Assembly (NCBI GenBank): GCA_030141605.1
Contig: JAQGDQ010002384.1
Coordinates: 186,001-250,000 of the forward strand
From: Tubiluchus corallicola
Lineage: Eukaryota > Animalia > Priapulida
DNA length: 64,000 nucleotides
Direction of reading: 5' to 3'
A program made the position numbers and the translations under genes. Numbering within the stretch: position 1 is the stretch's first letter; every line of letters starts with the position of its first letter. This document shows, piece after piece, positions 38,301-49,923 of the stretch. The notes beneath the pieces are model-generated. The model had not been told where the DNA came from, did not search any database, and saw only the letters and a list, made by a program, of their open reading frames with translations.

Positions 38301-41300
38301 TTTGGCCAGAAATCTAAGCTCTCTAAAGCTAATACAGTAGGTGTCACTTAATAGACTCACTTTGGGACCGAAGTGTTTTTGTCCAATTAACCGACTGAAC
38401 CTATTAACCGATGGGTACAGTATTACTGGTATAGAAGTATGAGTCAACAGCTTACTATGCACTGCAAATGTTTTAATGAATTTTAATGGATCTGCTGTTG
38501 TATGATCACGCATAAATTTTCGAAAGAAATACTTAGTGTTTGGCGTGCTTAAACTGTTAGTGGTGCCCGTGTTTCCCCGCAAGTAGCTTCGTCGGTAGGT
38601 TCGCCTAAGCTCCTGCTTGCTATAATTGTGACATACTTACTGTACTGTGTAACTACGGCCAAATCACGTTGAAAACACCGGTTCTCATCTGATCACCGAA
38701 GTTAAGCAACATAGAGCCTGGTTAGTGCGCCTAGGAATACCAGGTGCTGTAGGCTTGCGGGATGCCCACACTGTATCTCGACACTAGGCAAGGAGCTGCA
38801 CAAGCAGCCAAAGACTAGAGGGCGGAGGAGGTCAAGTGACTCAATGGCCATGTGTAGAGGAGTAAACCTTCCAAATCAGGAGTGGAGCCCCGAAGGCGGA
38901 CCAGTGTGCAGTGTGCTCACTGACTCCGGCAGCTCCTGCAGCCAACTTGGTGCCAAACGTATCGCCCCGCTTTCCTTTGGACTACACCAGGGATGCCAGC
39001 AACTGTACTGTACCTGCATCCAGCAACATCTAACTGATAAGACATTCTGGCAAAAATAGTCAGAGCTTCAAAAACAAATCGCTAAGCAAGTGACTAAATG
39101 TTTAGCTTTCAAGAATTCTTGGGTAACCAGGTTAATTGCAGTGGCCAGGCGGGTCAAAGCAAACCATTAGGCTAGCATATTAGCATATGATAAACGTTCC
39201 TGCTTATAAACAAAACGGTACTTAACATGATTGTTTCTTATGTATATTATAGGACAAAAGCGAACTAAGATGATATAAAAGTCATAAAAGCTTATTAATC
39301 ATGGGAAAGTGTCTTATTGAATCATGTGAAGCAAAAATATTGATTCAATTATGCAGAGTTATTTAAGTCAATTACCGACAGTATTTATGTACATTTCAAT
39401 AGAAGTGGCCCGTACCAGGCGTTTTTGAGTCAATTAATTGATTGAGTCTATTAACCGTGAGTCAATTAAGTGCACCTACTGTATCAATTTAATAACCCGC
39501 GCCTACAAAGTTATTAAAACAGAAAAGAAATATTAGCAAACTAATCAACTAAGGTGTTTACCGGACAAGTGCAATACATTCATTGCATGGAATAAAGTTA
39601 CATCTCTAGAAGCAGCAGCCGCGCTCATGTGCAGACTCGGCTGTTTGACCGTACTAGAACAATCTAAAGCACGAGCAAATGTTCCCACTGACCGAGCAAT
39701 GACCATAAACTGGTCAATTTGAATATCAGATAATGGATTCTCTGGCGTGTAAATAAGACTTTCCAGTTCAGACACAACACGATTGTCAGATTCACCTAAA
39801 AACAGACAAACACATTAGTACAGCAAGTCTTCACTTAACGACGCTAATGCACTCCAGCAAAATGTGACATTAAGCGAAACGTCGTTAAACGAAACCAAGA
39901 CTTCCATGGAAAGTAATGTAAAAGAATTGAGATACGTTCCAGAAGCAAAAATCGATGCTGCTTAAATTGTATACATCAAATGTTTTATGAGTTTTATTCA
40001 TATTTCTACTGATTAATTGCCAGAAACCATCTATCTTTCTTACCAAAATCTAGCTAGACTGGATATGGGTCTATTGAAACCTGTATACAGACAGTTCACA
40101 TTTAAACAATGCAAAGAGAAGGCCTAGCCCTGCATGAAGCCATCTTGAGGCAATTTCAGGAAGTATTAATCTGGTTGTTATAGCAACAAGTTGCACACAA
40201 AATTCCTTGGCATCAAGTTTAAACTCAGGTGTCTGGAGACTGGATCGGCAAATAGATCTTCATACAAGCGGCTAGAATTTAGTACGCAGATAGTTGGGAA
40301 CCAAAAGCATTATAATAATTACACTGTTTGGGTTACTAATGTGCTTTTAGAACAAAATTATGCAATTTGCATGGCTTTTATACTCCAAATTAGGCAAAAA
40401 AAAGTTGTTGATAAAAAATGGTTGTCAGCAACTTAAAAAATCGTCTTTAAAACGAAACGTGTGTCGTTAAGTGAGAAAATGGTGTCAAATGTTCAGCGGT
40501 GTTAAAACGAAACGTTGTTAAACGGGGAGTCGTTAAGCAAGGACTTGCTGTAAATGAGAACTGAAAAGATATGGCTTCAGAATAACAAGAAAGCTCTGAG
40601 GGCATTGTGTTCCGTGCAGATTGATTTGTGACATTTTGTTGCTATTTTCTCCCTTTCAAGTGCAAAAAGGAAAAGCTGACTAAATCACTGCACACGAAGC
40701 CATATCATAGTGCGATATCACGAACATTTCAGTGTTTTCTGAACTTAATCATGCGCTGAGTTGTCTGTATTTTTCAGATTAATGCAAATATATGTCATGT
40801 AAGCGAAGATCTTGGATAATCTATGACTTCATGCACCATTTTAATTCCTTTCTTTTTGCATTCAGTTGTCTCTGAAGTTTATACACTTGTCAAAGGCTCA
40901 CTAAAACAATCTAGTAGAAAAAGCCTTCTGACTGCTTTTTTGCACTTTTTTTCTGAACTTTTTTAGTAAAAAACAGATCTGGCAATTGATAAGCGCACAA
41001 AAGCAGATGAGTCAAAATATTTTAGAGTGAAGACAATGTTGCGAGGTGCAACAAACATAAAACATATTGCAATAAAACATCTCAGAAATGTGTTCAATAC
41101 CGATATTACGATTCTTGTTTTTAGGCTGGTAAATTATAAGAAATATTTACATCAATTGCAAAACACACATTGCTTGAATGTAACAACTGAAAAGCTTATT
41201 CTCACAAAAAGTAATTTATGTAACATTAAATTACCTTCTCCAAGAAGGTTTTGTATCTCAGCTTGGAAGTTGCTCCCAACACGTATTTCTCCTTTATCAG

Positions 41301-43898
41301 CTAGCAAAGTTTTCTGCGTCGGATCATAGACTAATGAGTAGAAGAAAGCATCATCTCTGTCTAAGTAGCTGTTCAACGATTCAGTCTCATTTAGTAAGGC
41401 AACCGAGCATTTACCTCTGATATGTGTGGCAGGGAGTGTTTCAACCTAAATACAAAATAAATTGTGATAAGCACAGTTTAGATTGTTGTAACTTGAGCTT
41501 GTTAACGAAGTTATATTGAAGTTCATTTCTGAACAAATTCTGAAAGTAAGCAATTAATCAAGTTAAGCATTTTATCATTACTAGGGTTCAATCAAAAAAT
41601 GCTTCTTAATAGTGTTTCCATGGGTACAATGCACCCAAGTAATTCATCACATTGTTTACTACCAGTGCCTGATAGTTCTACCCAATTCACACAATGAAAA
41701 TGCAAACGTTATTGTTAAGACGATATTGATCATTTAAGAATTTAAAATATAAAGGCCACCTTCTGCTGCACACTTCTGCAGTAACAGACAATTAACTGCT
41801 GCCTTGGCAGTGCCCAAGGCTAACAGCCAGATGACAGATGACGCCACTTTTGACATAGAGGTGACTTACAAAAAACAATTCATTACGATGAGGCTAACTA
41901 TCCAAATAAAACTATTTATTAAAGGAAAAGCTGATGATTGTTTAGACTCAATCTCATTTTAATTTACTGTCCAAAATATAAATTTTCTTGCCAATGAAAG
42001 TTAGCAATTGTCTCTTATATTTGAATAATAAGCTTAGAAAGTTAATTAATGGCAACCAAACACAACTATTGCTTACGTCAGAAACTAATCACAGTTTGGG
42101 CAATGGCAGGTATCTTCCCTTGCGTGTCAAGCACATTTACAGTGTTATAGTACTGCGATGTCACGAAAATGGGCTCTATGTCATATGACGTCAGAAACTA
42201 ACACTGCAGTTCATGATCATGGTTGTCACGGTAACGCCTTCTATTTGGCGGTCACATGCATGTGACAAAAAGGCGCTGTTGCCAATCTTAGTAGATTCAC
42301 TGAGCCGTGCATAGCTTTGAAAGTTTAACAAAATTTGAGTATCCAAGGCAATTATTATTTAATCTCAGCTTTGATTTAAGAAAAGCTATTATAGTTTTCA
42401 ATATTTTAGAGCACACTTTATTCTGAACTAATGTTTACCCAATCGTCCGGTTTTCCTTTAACAATTAAAAACCTATTTCACATCACTAACAATGATATGA
42501 ATACTCGGATTTTTTAGTTTAACAACACACAAAAAGGATAATATTGATTATTTCATTCCCCTAGCCTCTACAAGTATTAATAGACCTCAGCACAGTACCT
42601 AGGCTGACATATCTGACTCACTGATAAAAGCGTGTAATTAAGTAGTTCAGGAGTCTGACAGAATAAAACAGCCAAATATGGCATGAAGCAAAACATTAAC
42701 TTTCGTGAGTTTCAGCTCACGAGTTGTCCCTCAGCATGCAATAAATGAATGCTTGTTGTTAATGTAACAGTGCAGTTAGTTGACATATACCAACGTTGCT
42801 TTTATTTTAATAATATAAATGACTTTAATTTCTTCACTGCTGTTGTATCTTAACAATTGTGCACCCAGGTACCCGACAATAATAATAATAATAATAATAA
42901 TAATAGTAATTTTATCTTCCTCCATAAATATACAATGATTTGACAATAAAATACACAAAAATACAAACGAACATAGGAAAAAGGGTGGCGAAAAACCAAA
43001 GGTTATCGAGTCAACCACCCTTCTCAAAGGACAGTAAACAAAAGGATGCTAATGACACTAGACACAACTATATTAAAAAATACATAAACGTGCAGAAATA
43101 CAAAAACAAAAATACAACAGCAAAAAAAATCAAAAACCAAAAACCATGACAAATTTGCAAACTACTAAGCAACTCATAGAAAGTGAGTTTGCACCTTATA
43201 AAAAATGTTTTTTATAAGGTGTAAGGAAAATGGTATCGGTGTTAGATTTCTTCTGCACTTGTAAACACTACTTCCTAATATTACATTTTGATACTAAGAC
43301 CTTACACAAAGTTAATTCCTGAGAAATTATGAACAGATTCAGTAAAACTAAGTGGTTGGAACAAACCTGTAAACATGAAAACTGTGAAAGCATTAAAAAT
43401 AGATAAAACTGTTTTGATAAAAATGCTAATCTACTACTATAACACATCTTAACTGCATAAATAATAAATACACAGCTAAATAATAAAAAAATTGACAATT
43501 GCTTACCTGTCGGGAAAGAAAAAGTTCGCGATGCCGCAACTGATGGCTCTGTTTTTCAGACAGTTTATCATCATGCTCTTCTTCAAGAGCACTCTGATGT
43601 TTATCTGCCAGCATAAGCAGGCCTCCGGATATGTCCCGACGTCGATAAAAGCACATAACTTTAGCTTCAACATTTCCTGCAAAAACAGGTTGAGTAGCCA
43701 GTATAGCAACAATAACTTGGGCATATTTTCTACGTGCTTATCAGTGTGCAAGGATACATGCAGGAAATATTTTAAAAAAGTGTTCTACTTGCCCGTTTGT
43801 GTTTTATTAAGTTCTTCTATTCTGCGAATGAGGAATGGCGATGTTGAGGACGTCTCGAAGAAAACGTAATCGCCGACTCGATACATGTTTGCTGCCAT
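29306..43898 (-). CDS. MTA1: Metastasis-associated protein MTA1/2/3 family (NuRD subunit; BAH-ELM2-SANT-GATA zinc finger), 737 aa, 12 coding exons
   Basis: Exons (minus): 43898-43793, 43676-43507, 41445-41235, 39795-39562, 37855-37666, 37008-36805, 36025-35868, 34810-34535, 32996-32826, 32347-32204, 29793-29565, 29426-29306. Total 2214 nt with all phases compatible. Starts [15 protein letters not shown]; contains [23 protein letters not shown] (ELM2), [38 protein letters not shown] (SANT) and CESC...CANC (GATA); ends QVVILD*. Invertebrate MTA; the symbol denotes the family. Confidence 0.97.
34303..34388. repeat. Exact 42-bp tandem duplication in MTA intron 8
   Basis: agaaatggcttcactctaccaatctataatttataaactaat x2. 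Confidence 0.9.
35192..35654. mobile_element. hAT-type MITE in MTA intron 7
   Basis: Ends cagggttcctacag / ccgtgggaacctg, partial TSD (tc)agtgga, subterminal ttttcc(a/c)tgac repeats. Confidence 0.7.
38335..39481. mobile_element. pogo/Tigger-like (Tc1/mariner superfamily) non-autonomous element hosting the 5S SINE
   Basis: ~25-bp TIRs cagtaggtg(t)cacttaatagactcac / gtgagtcaattaagtgcacctactg, flanked by TA on both sides. Confidence 0.8.
38649..39001 (+). mobile_element. 5S rRNA-derived SINE (SINE3) with 10-bp TSD, in MTA intron 4
   Basis: 38651-38756 is a 5S rRNA copy (ctacggcc...gatcaccgaagttaagcaac...gctgtaggctt) missing the intermediate-element/box C segment. It is followed by a GC-rich ~245-bp body rather than a T-run terminator. 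actgtactgt is duplicated at 38639-38648 and 39002-39011. Confidence 0.85.
39821..40550. mobile_element. pogo/Tigger-like MITE in MTA intron 3
   Basis: TIRs cagcaagtcttcacttaacgac / gtcgttaagcaaggacttgctg (19/22), TA TSD, subterminal aaacg(t/a)...ttaa repeats. A related left end lies at ~47636. Confidence 0.8.
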
Positions 43899-44681
43899 GT
43901 TGCTTGTTGTTCACGAGCTGCAATAACATTCAACATAGGTGTAGTAGCAGCCTGAGTAATAGCCTAATATGTCGTTCGAGAAACCCAGTGAAATGATTTG
44001 CTTAACCTATAGTTGAATTTCATTTTGGGAAAGAAGACAAAGCTCAGCAAAGTAATCACTTATAATGCACTGATTTATAAAACTAAAATTTTCAAATTTT
44101 TCTTTTTCAATTTTATTTTAAAGTATTGCCTATATTATGACAGATCATAAGCTATTGCTGAACTGCACGTAATACATAGGAAAGATTTATGCAGAAGTGA
44201 AAAGCGGATACGAAGCAAACTTAAAACAGAAAATGATCAGTGAAGTGACATATAGCAGGCCAGCACGACCCATCATTGGTGCAAGTTCGATGAAAGCCAA
44301 CGATGCTGAAGGACTCGTCTCCAGTAATCTCACCGTTCATAGTCAGCTTTTATGTTCATGTAAATTATTTCATTTTAATGTGCGAATAAAAAATTGAATT
44401 GAATTGTACAATAGGAGTAGCTTAACCAACGATGAATTACGGATGTGGAAAAGTTACAAGTGAGAACATTAATATTATAGACGCAAATTAAATGAAATTA
44501 AAATGCATAACAATATGGTTACCAGCGTGTAATTAAGTGTAGCTTTTCCTCTTACAAATAAGGAAAATGCAAATAAAATCGCAGTCTCACAAAAACTTTT
44601 TGTTAACACATTTCTTTATGAAAATTCTATATTAAGAAACAAGAGAACATTCAAAAAAACTGTTCACTTATTGAAGCCGAA

Positions 44682-44712
44682 GCGCATTGTGGGAATTTGT
44701 TTACAAGATGGA
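44682..44712. promoter_or_regulatory. Staf/ZNF143-like site (TTCCCACAATGC on minus) plus YY1-like CAAGATGG in the MTA / SRPBCC-gene head-to-head promoter
   Basis: Sequence gcgcattgtgggaatttgtttacaagatgg lies immediately before the SRPBCC-gene ATG and ~0.8 kb from the MTA ATG. Confidence 0.55.
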
Positions 44713-47205
44713 GTAAGCGGTTACTATGTTTTTATCTCATCTATCCTGTTATAGATTTTTATTTTATAGCAAATAAATTGCATGACAGTTTGTTACTTTT
44801 TACACGTTTTATTGTTGCATGACCGTCAGTTTGTTATGAGCAACATTTTAAGAGTAAACAGACTGATTCGAATACACTTACTATGACCTACAATACTGGT
44901 TTTGCTTTGGCTTGGAGTAGTACCGTACAATCGTAGCAGCAGTAATACTGCAAGCGTAAAGCCCTGAGCTTGTGTGTGACACTAATAAGTATTTTATTTA
45001 ATAATTGCACAACTTATTGTAGTTCAGTAGATGACTCTGGGTTAGGAGATCAGCTAAAAATTGTAAAGAATAATTGTCGTGGAAGCGCATGTGGTGATGC
45101 AGAGAATATCCACAAAACTGAAAACATGGTTGCTGTTGAGGAAAAAAATGATAACTGCGGAAAGCATTTCGAAAGCAAGAACAGTGAAGAGAAGAAAACC
45201 AGTGACATAAAAAGTCAACCAAAAGCAGAGAATATGAATGATGAAGAAGAGCATAAGAAGTCAAAAGTGGAACCAAAAGATTGTGAGGATACAAAATCAG
45301 ACAACTTGAAAGAAGCCACTGAGAATGACGAAGTACTATACGAAACGGCTGATGACAACGAAGTGCATTTGAAAAAATCATGGAAGGAGGGATACTTGTA
45401 TGTAATTTGCAGCTAAATTTCAGATAATGAAAATTTGTATACACCTTATATTTTATATAAACATTCACTTTCTTCATTTAGAAATTAGGGTTTTAATCAA
45501 TATGCATATGTGGCTGCACTTTTTTTAAAGTCTACGTAGAACTCTGTCTTACCTTAACTTGAGTTGCCTGTGATATTCATTAACGTCCACAAATCAGTGA
45601 AGTCACTCCAGTACTTTTTTATTGTGGTATCGAGTAACAGCACTTGTTTATTTTTACACACTACAAGAACTTCTGAACTAGTCAGTCCAGTTTGTACGGA
45701 CCTGTCAGCCTCAAGATGCAGCAAATCTGGATATTTCTCAAAGGGTTAAAAAGCCTGTATGTTTCTTAAAAAAGCCCGGACTCTTTGTACTCCAGATTTT
45801 TTTGACATCCACTTGTTAAAAAAGTGAAGCTACCACATCATAGATTATATTTAAGATCAATAATAACTTGGCCATTCCAAAATTTTTGAATCATAATATC
45901 CTGTTCAAAAAAATTGACTGGGCACTGATTGCAATAAAATGAGACAGTTTTTGGGTTCTTTTCATTGTGAAATGAGCTTATTTAAGTTATTACAGGCTGC
46001 TCAGATGTGGCGGCATTCTAAACTACTTTGTGAAAGAAAAATTTGGTATTTTTTAGTTTTAATTAGTATAGCTGGTGGCCAAATTCTGCATAATGTGTAC
46101 TGCATTTTTCTTTATTTTTTGATAATAGGTATTATATTAATTGTTTCAATGCAGCAGAGAAATTAGCTAAAACTTCATAGCGTAGTGCTGTGTATTTTGT
46201 TTAGCATGGACCAGTTTTCGCAAATTTTAATTTTTGCCTGTCAATTATCATTAAAAACAAAACTTAGTGGAATTTGCAGGGCTTGAAAAGATCTACAAAA
46301 TGGTATAAAGTTTGTATGTTTAGCGCATTTTCAAAAAAAGTACAGTCAAAGAGTGGACATTTTTGCATAGTTACTAATGCCATATTTAATCAAGGTTGGT
46401 TTCACTACATTATGTGAAAAATTTGTGACTATTTTATAAACTGCAGCTCTAGACTCCTATGTAGAGCTTTTTGTATACTTGACGAGAACTTTCGACCAAG
46501 TAAACAACTGATACCTTTTCAGAAAAATGCCAAGTTGGAAGTTTGTTGTTCCCAGCTGTATTATTGTTGCTGTCATGGCCGTCCTCGCACAAATCGAGTT
46601 TCCAACACAACTAATCCTGCTGGAAAAAACAGTAGCACTACCTGCAACTATTGATGAGGTATTTAACATGGTTTCCGATCTTGAAAAGTTGCCTGAGGTT
46701 TGTATCAATCTGTTAACTTTGTCAATCTGAAATAAACGTTTATTAATCGTAAAGGAGTTAATCAATTTACAAACATTACATTGCTTTATCTTGTATATGC
46801 CAAGCTGTTTGTTTTTGTGAACTCTCTTTCTAATGTCATGGTCTAGTTTTTATAAAAGGTTTAAGGTTTACATTAATGCTCTTGATAATAAAAAGCTCTA
46901 TGAAACTACTTATACTGGTAGCATAGTTCTAATGGAATATCATAGACTTTAAGGATTATCATAGACTCACTGATTGTTTGTTTAAAAGCTACTGTAATGC
47001 TTGTATCACGCAAGACTCTTGCATTATTTGAGTGTAACATTTACAATAACACCTGCGTCATGTTGAATATTTTATTCTTCCGGTGGCTGCCACATTTACG
47101 ACCTTACAGATTTTTTGTGGCAGTCTCCTTGACATGTCGTTACATTGTATACGTAATATTTTACATCGAATATTGTAAAAATAAATTGTCTACTATTACT
47201 ACTAT

Positions 47206-47292
<87 letters not shown>

Positions 47293-49235
47293 CACTACCA
47301 CTACCACTACCACTACCACTACTACTAATGTGATGTAGAATTACTTATATAACCACTTTCCAAGAAACTGACAGTTTAATGTGCTATATTTCTATTTTAG
47401 TGGATGCCTGAAGCTGGAATGGTAATAGCGCAAGATAGCCTACCCATAGGCAAAGAAAAAACGTATAGTATCATTACTTCGGCACCAATCGGACGTACGT
47501 TGTGATTGTTTGCATTAAATTTTCATGGGTCACTTGACCACTTTTTAGTTTATTTTCATATATTCACTAATAGTAGTTACATAACTCTTTTCAGCAAGGT
47601 GTTAAAATTTAGTATGACATTTTCTCATTGAAATATAGCAAGTCCTCACTTAACATCAGGAATTGATTTAGTAAAGTATATAGTATCAACAAAATTGTTG
47701 TCAAGTGAAGCCATACTGTCAGGGGAATTAGTATTAATACATGGAAGATTGGATGTGTATAAGTCTTGATAGTTTGTGAGCTTCATTACTTACATTTACA
47801 CAGACTATTTCTGGAATACTAATTGCAGTAACTGGCGATTACCCCATTTGAATAAAATTTGGGTTATTTTGTGGCAGTTTCTTGTAGCGCAGTGTAATAA
47901 ATTATTGACTTGAATTTCAAGAATAGTTTATAATTTAGGTATTACTGTTGTAGATTCCTTTGTTGTGCACTGTTCACTTATGATGTTTTATCTTTTCCTC
48001 AGCCTAAAATGCAAACAAGATGACTGTAGCCTATACATATACCCTAAAAGGCAATGCCTTCTTTATGCGACAGTTTCATCATGCATCATCATATCATTTG
48101 TAAGAGGGGGGGGAAGCATCCGCCGCCCTCCCAGAAGAGAACTCCCAAGTACAGAACATTTGTAGTTCCTAGTCACATGAAAAACCAAATTAGGTGCACT
48201 CTGCAAGCAGCTAGATTTTAACTGTGTTCCCCTGCATGATTTTGCATTTTAGCTGATTGAGTTTGCCAAAAGTATCTTGGCACTCTAAGTAACAAAGCTG
48301 GCAGCCAAGTGTGTTGCGTGAATCAGCAACCAACAGTTCGCATGCTTAAACAGTATTTCTGTTATTAGAACATCAAAACCTAAGATGATAATTTTAATCC
48401 CTAGATGTTTCTTTGTAAGTGTAAATATGTGCTGTGCCTCGAGTTCTTTTCTAAGTAGTGTGAAATGGGAATTACTTGCTATTCAAACTGAGGATTTTCC
48501 TTTGTTAAAACCAAATTACAACCATCGAATTTTCAAGAACTTGAGTCTGAAATTATTAACTATATGTTTTTTTAATGCAGCTGGTTTTCGTTCCTATGCA
48601 AAAATCAGAAAGTTTAAAGCACTTGAGCATATCGAGTACGTTATAGAGTCACTGATTTTTCCTCGTCGAATCACTTTTGATTTCAACACTGAAAAAGATT
48701 CAACCCTTAAAAGAAACCTGACCCGATTAACAGTAAAGATGGATGTCGGAAAGATGAGCTATCTTTATCGGGTGAGTGTACGCATTGATGGTACATGTTA
48801 GTAGTTTTCCTTTCGTCTCCTAGAATTATATTTTTTTATGTTTTAATGCAGTTGCCACTCTACAAGCCAAGATCCTGGACTCACCTGCTGTGCTGATGGT
48901 TGTGGCTGGACTGAAACATAGCTCATTGTCTAGGATAATCTTCTGATGTGAGACACTAAAGTGGCAAATGTATCTTTTCTCAGATTCACCTACAATCTTC
49001 TTTAAACTGCCAGCATTCTAAAGACTGATGACAATGTGGCAAGTTAAACTTCCCAGAAGCTGTATTCTAGTGATCACCCAGCCATTTGCTAACCAGGTCT
49101 AGCAGTACTTACCTTGCAATCGTTGTATTAATTTTGCAACTTTTTTTATAGTACACTATTCATCCCTGCCTGTCATTTGTTGCTGGTAATTCAGTGCGTA
49201 ATGGATTATTCCGATTACTGTGGACATTTCAATGA
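44708..49235 (+). CDS. Uncharacterised 307-aa protein: charged low-complexity N-terminus, single hydrophobic segment, SRPBCC/START (polyketide cyclase-like) domain
   Basis: Exons 44708-44712 (ATGGA|gtaagc), 45023-45397, 46523-46697, 47401-47494, 48581-48771, 49152-49235. Total 924 nt, all GT-AG and phase-compatible. LEKTVALPATIDEVFNMVSDLEKLPEWMPE matches the N-terminal SRPBCC signature. It is preceded by hydrophobic FVVPSCIIVAVMAVLA and ends in a helix-like NSVRNGLFRLLWTFQ*. Confidence 0.8.
47190..47327. repeat. (ACT)n/(ACCACT)n microsatellite in SRPBCC-gene intron 3
   Basis: Direct reading. Confidence 0.96.
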
Positions 49236-49550
49236 CAACTGGAGGACGGGGAAGGTGGAGACTATGTGCAAGAAGACATCTTTCTTGCTCAAAAGCAATA
49301 GACGTGCTGCATTGAATCATTGTTATAATACAAAATCCAGTATCATGGTTTTCAAGTGACTTCTCACAATATTTCAAAACAAGAATTGTTTGCTTTATCC
49401 AAATTTTTATCAGATTGGAAATATAGGCAGCTTAAATGGGCAGAGCTTTAAGAAATCTGATAAAGTGCAGTACAACACGAAAATATGAACTGCTTATAAC
49501 CGCTCAACTGCAAAATAACGCAGTTCTTTGAGATTACATCTCCACTGATG

Positions 49551-49923
49551 CAGAACTGGGATGATTCACTTAACCGGTTAATTTTTTATCGGTTAACCGA
49601 TTAATCGGATCTAGGCAAAATCGGAGACCTTCTATAATTTGCTGACTGGATCAGTGGATAATCAAATAAACAAGAAATTTACAATGCAAACATATATCAG
49701 GAATATGTTCAAATAAGAGTGAAACTTTTATACATAGGAAGTGAAAAGTGTGTTTGTAAGGATGCCAAGCATTGTTTAACTAAGTGCAACACTTTCCTAC
49801 ATAGAAATGAAAAGTCTCTACAGTAAGGATGTGGTTAAGGTTCAAATTATTTATCATTTATATATAAAGATCGGTCAACCGGTTAAAAAAATTTACCGAT
49901 TAATTTCCATTAACCCAGCACTG
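49551..49923. mobile_element. hAT-type MITE, 373 bp, downstream of the SRPBCC-gene stop
   Basis: 8-bp TSD cactgatg; TIRs cagaactggg / cccagcactg; subterminal aaccggtt/aaccgatt repeats at both ends. Confidence 0.82.

Noticed and set aside
38651-38756. Functional 5S rRNA gene
   Set aside because: Internal control segment deleted, no oligo-T terminator, followed by a SINE-like body and flanked by a TSD.
43492-43869. Plus-strand ORFs overlapping MTA exons (also 29324, 32813, 34543, 37672, 41027)
   Set aside because: Antisense shadows of real coding exons with no independent signals.
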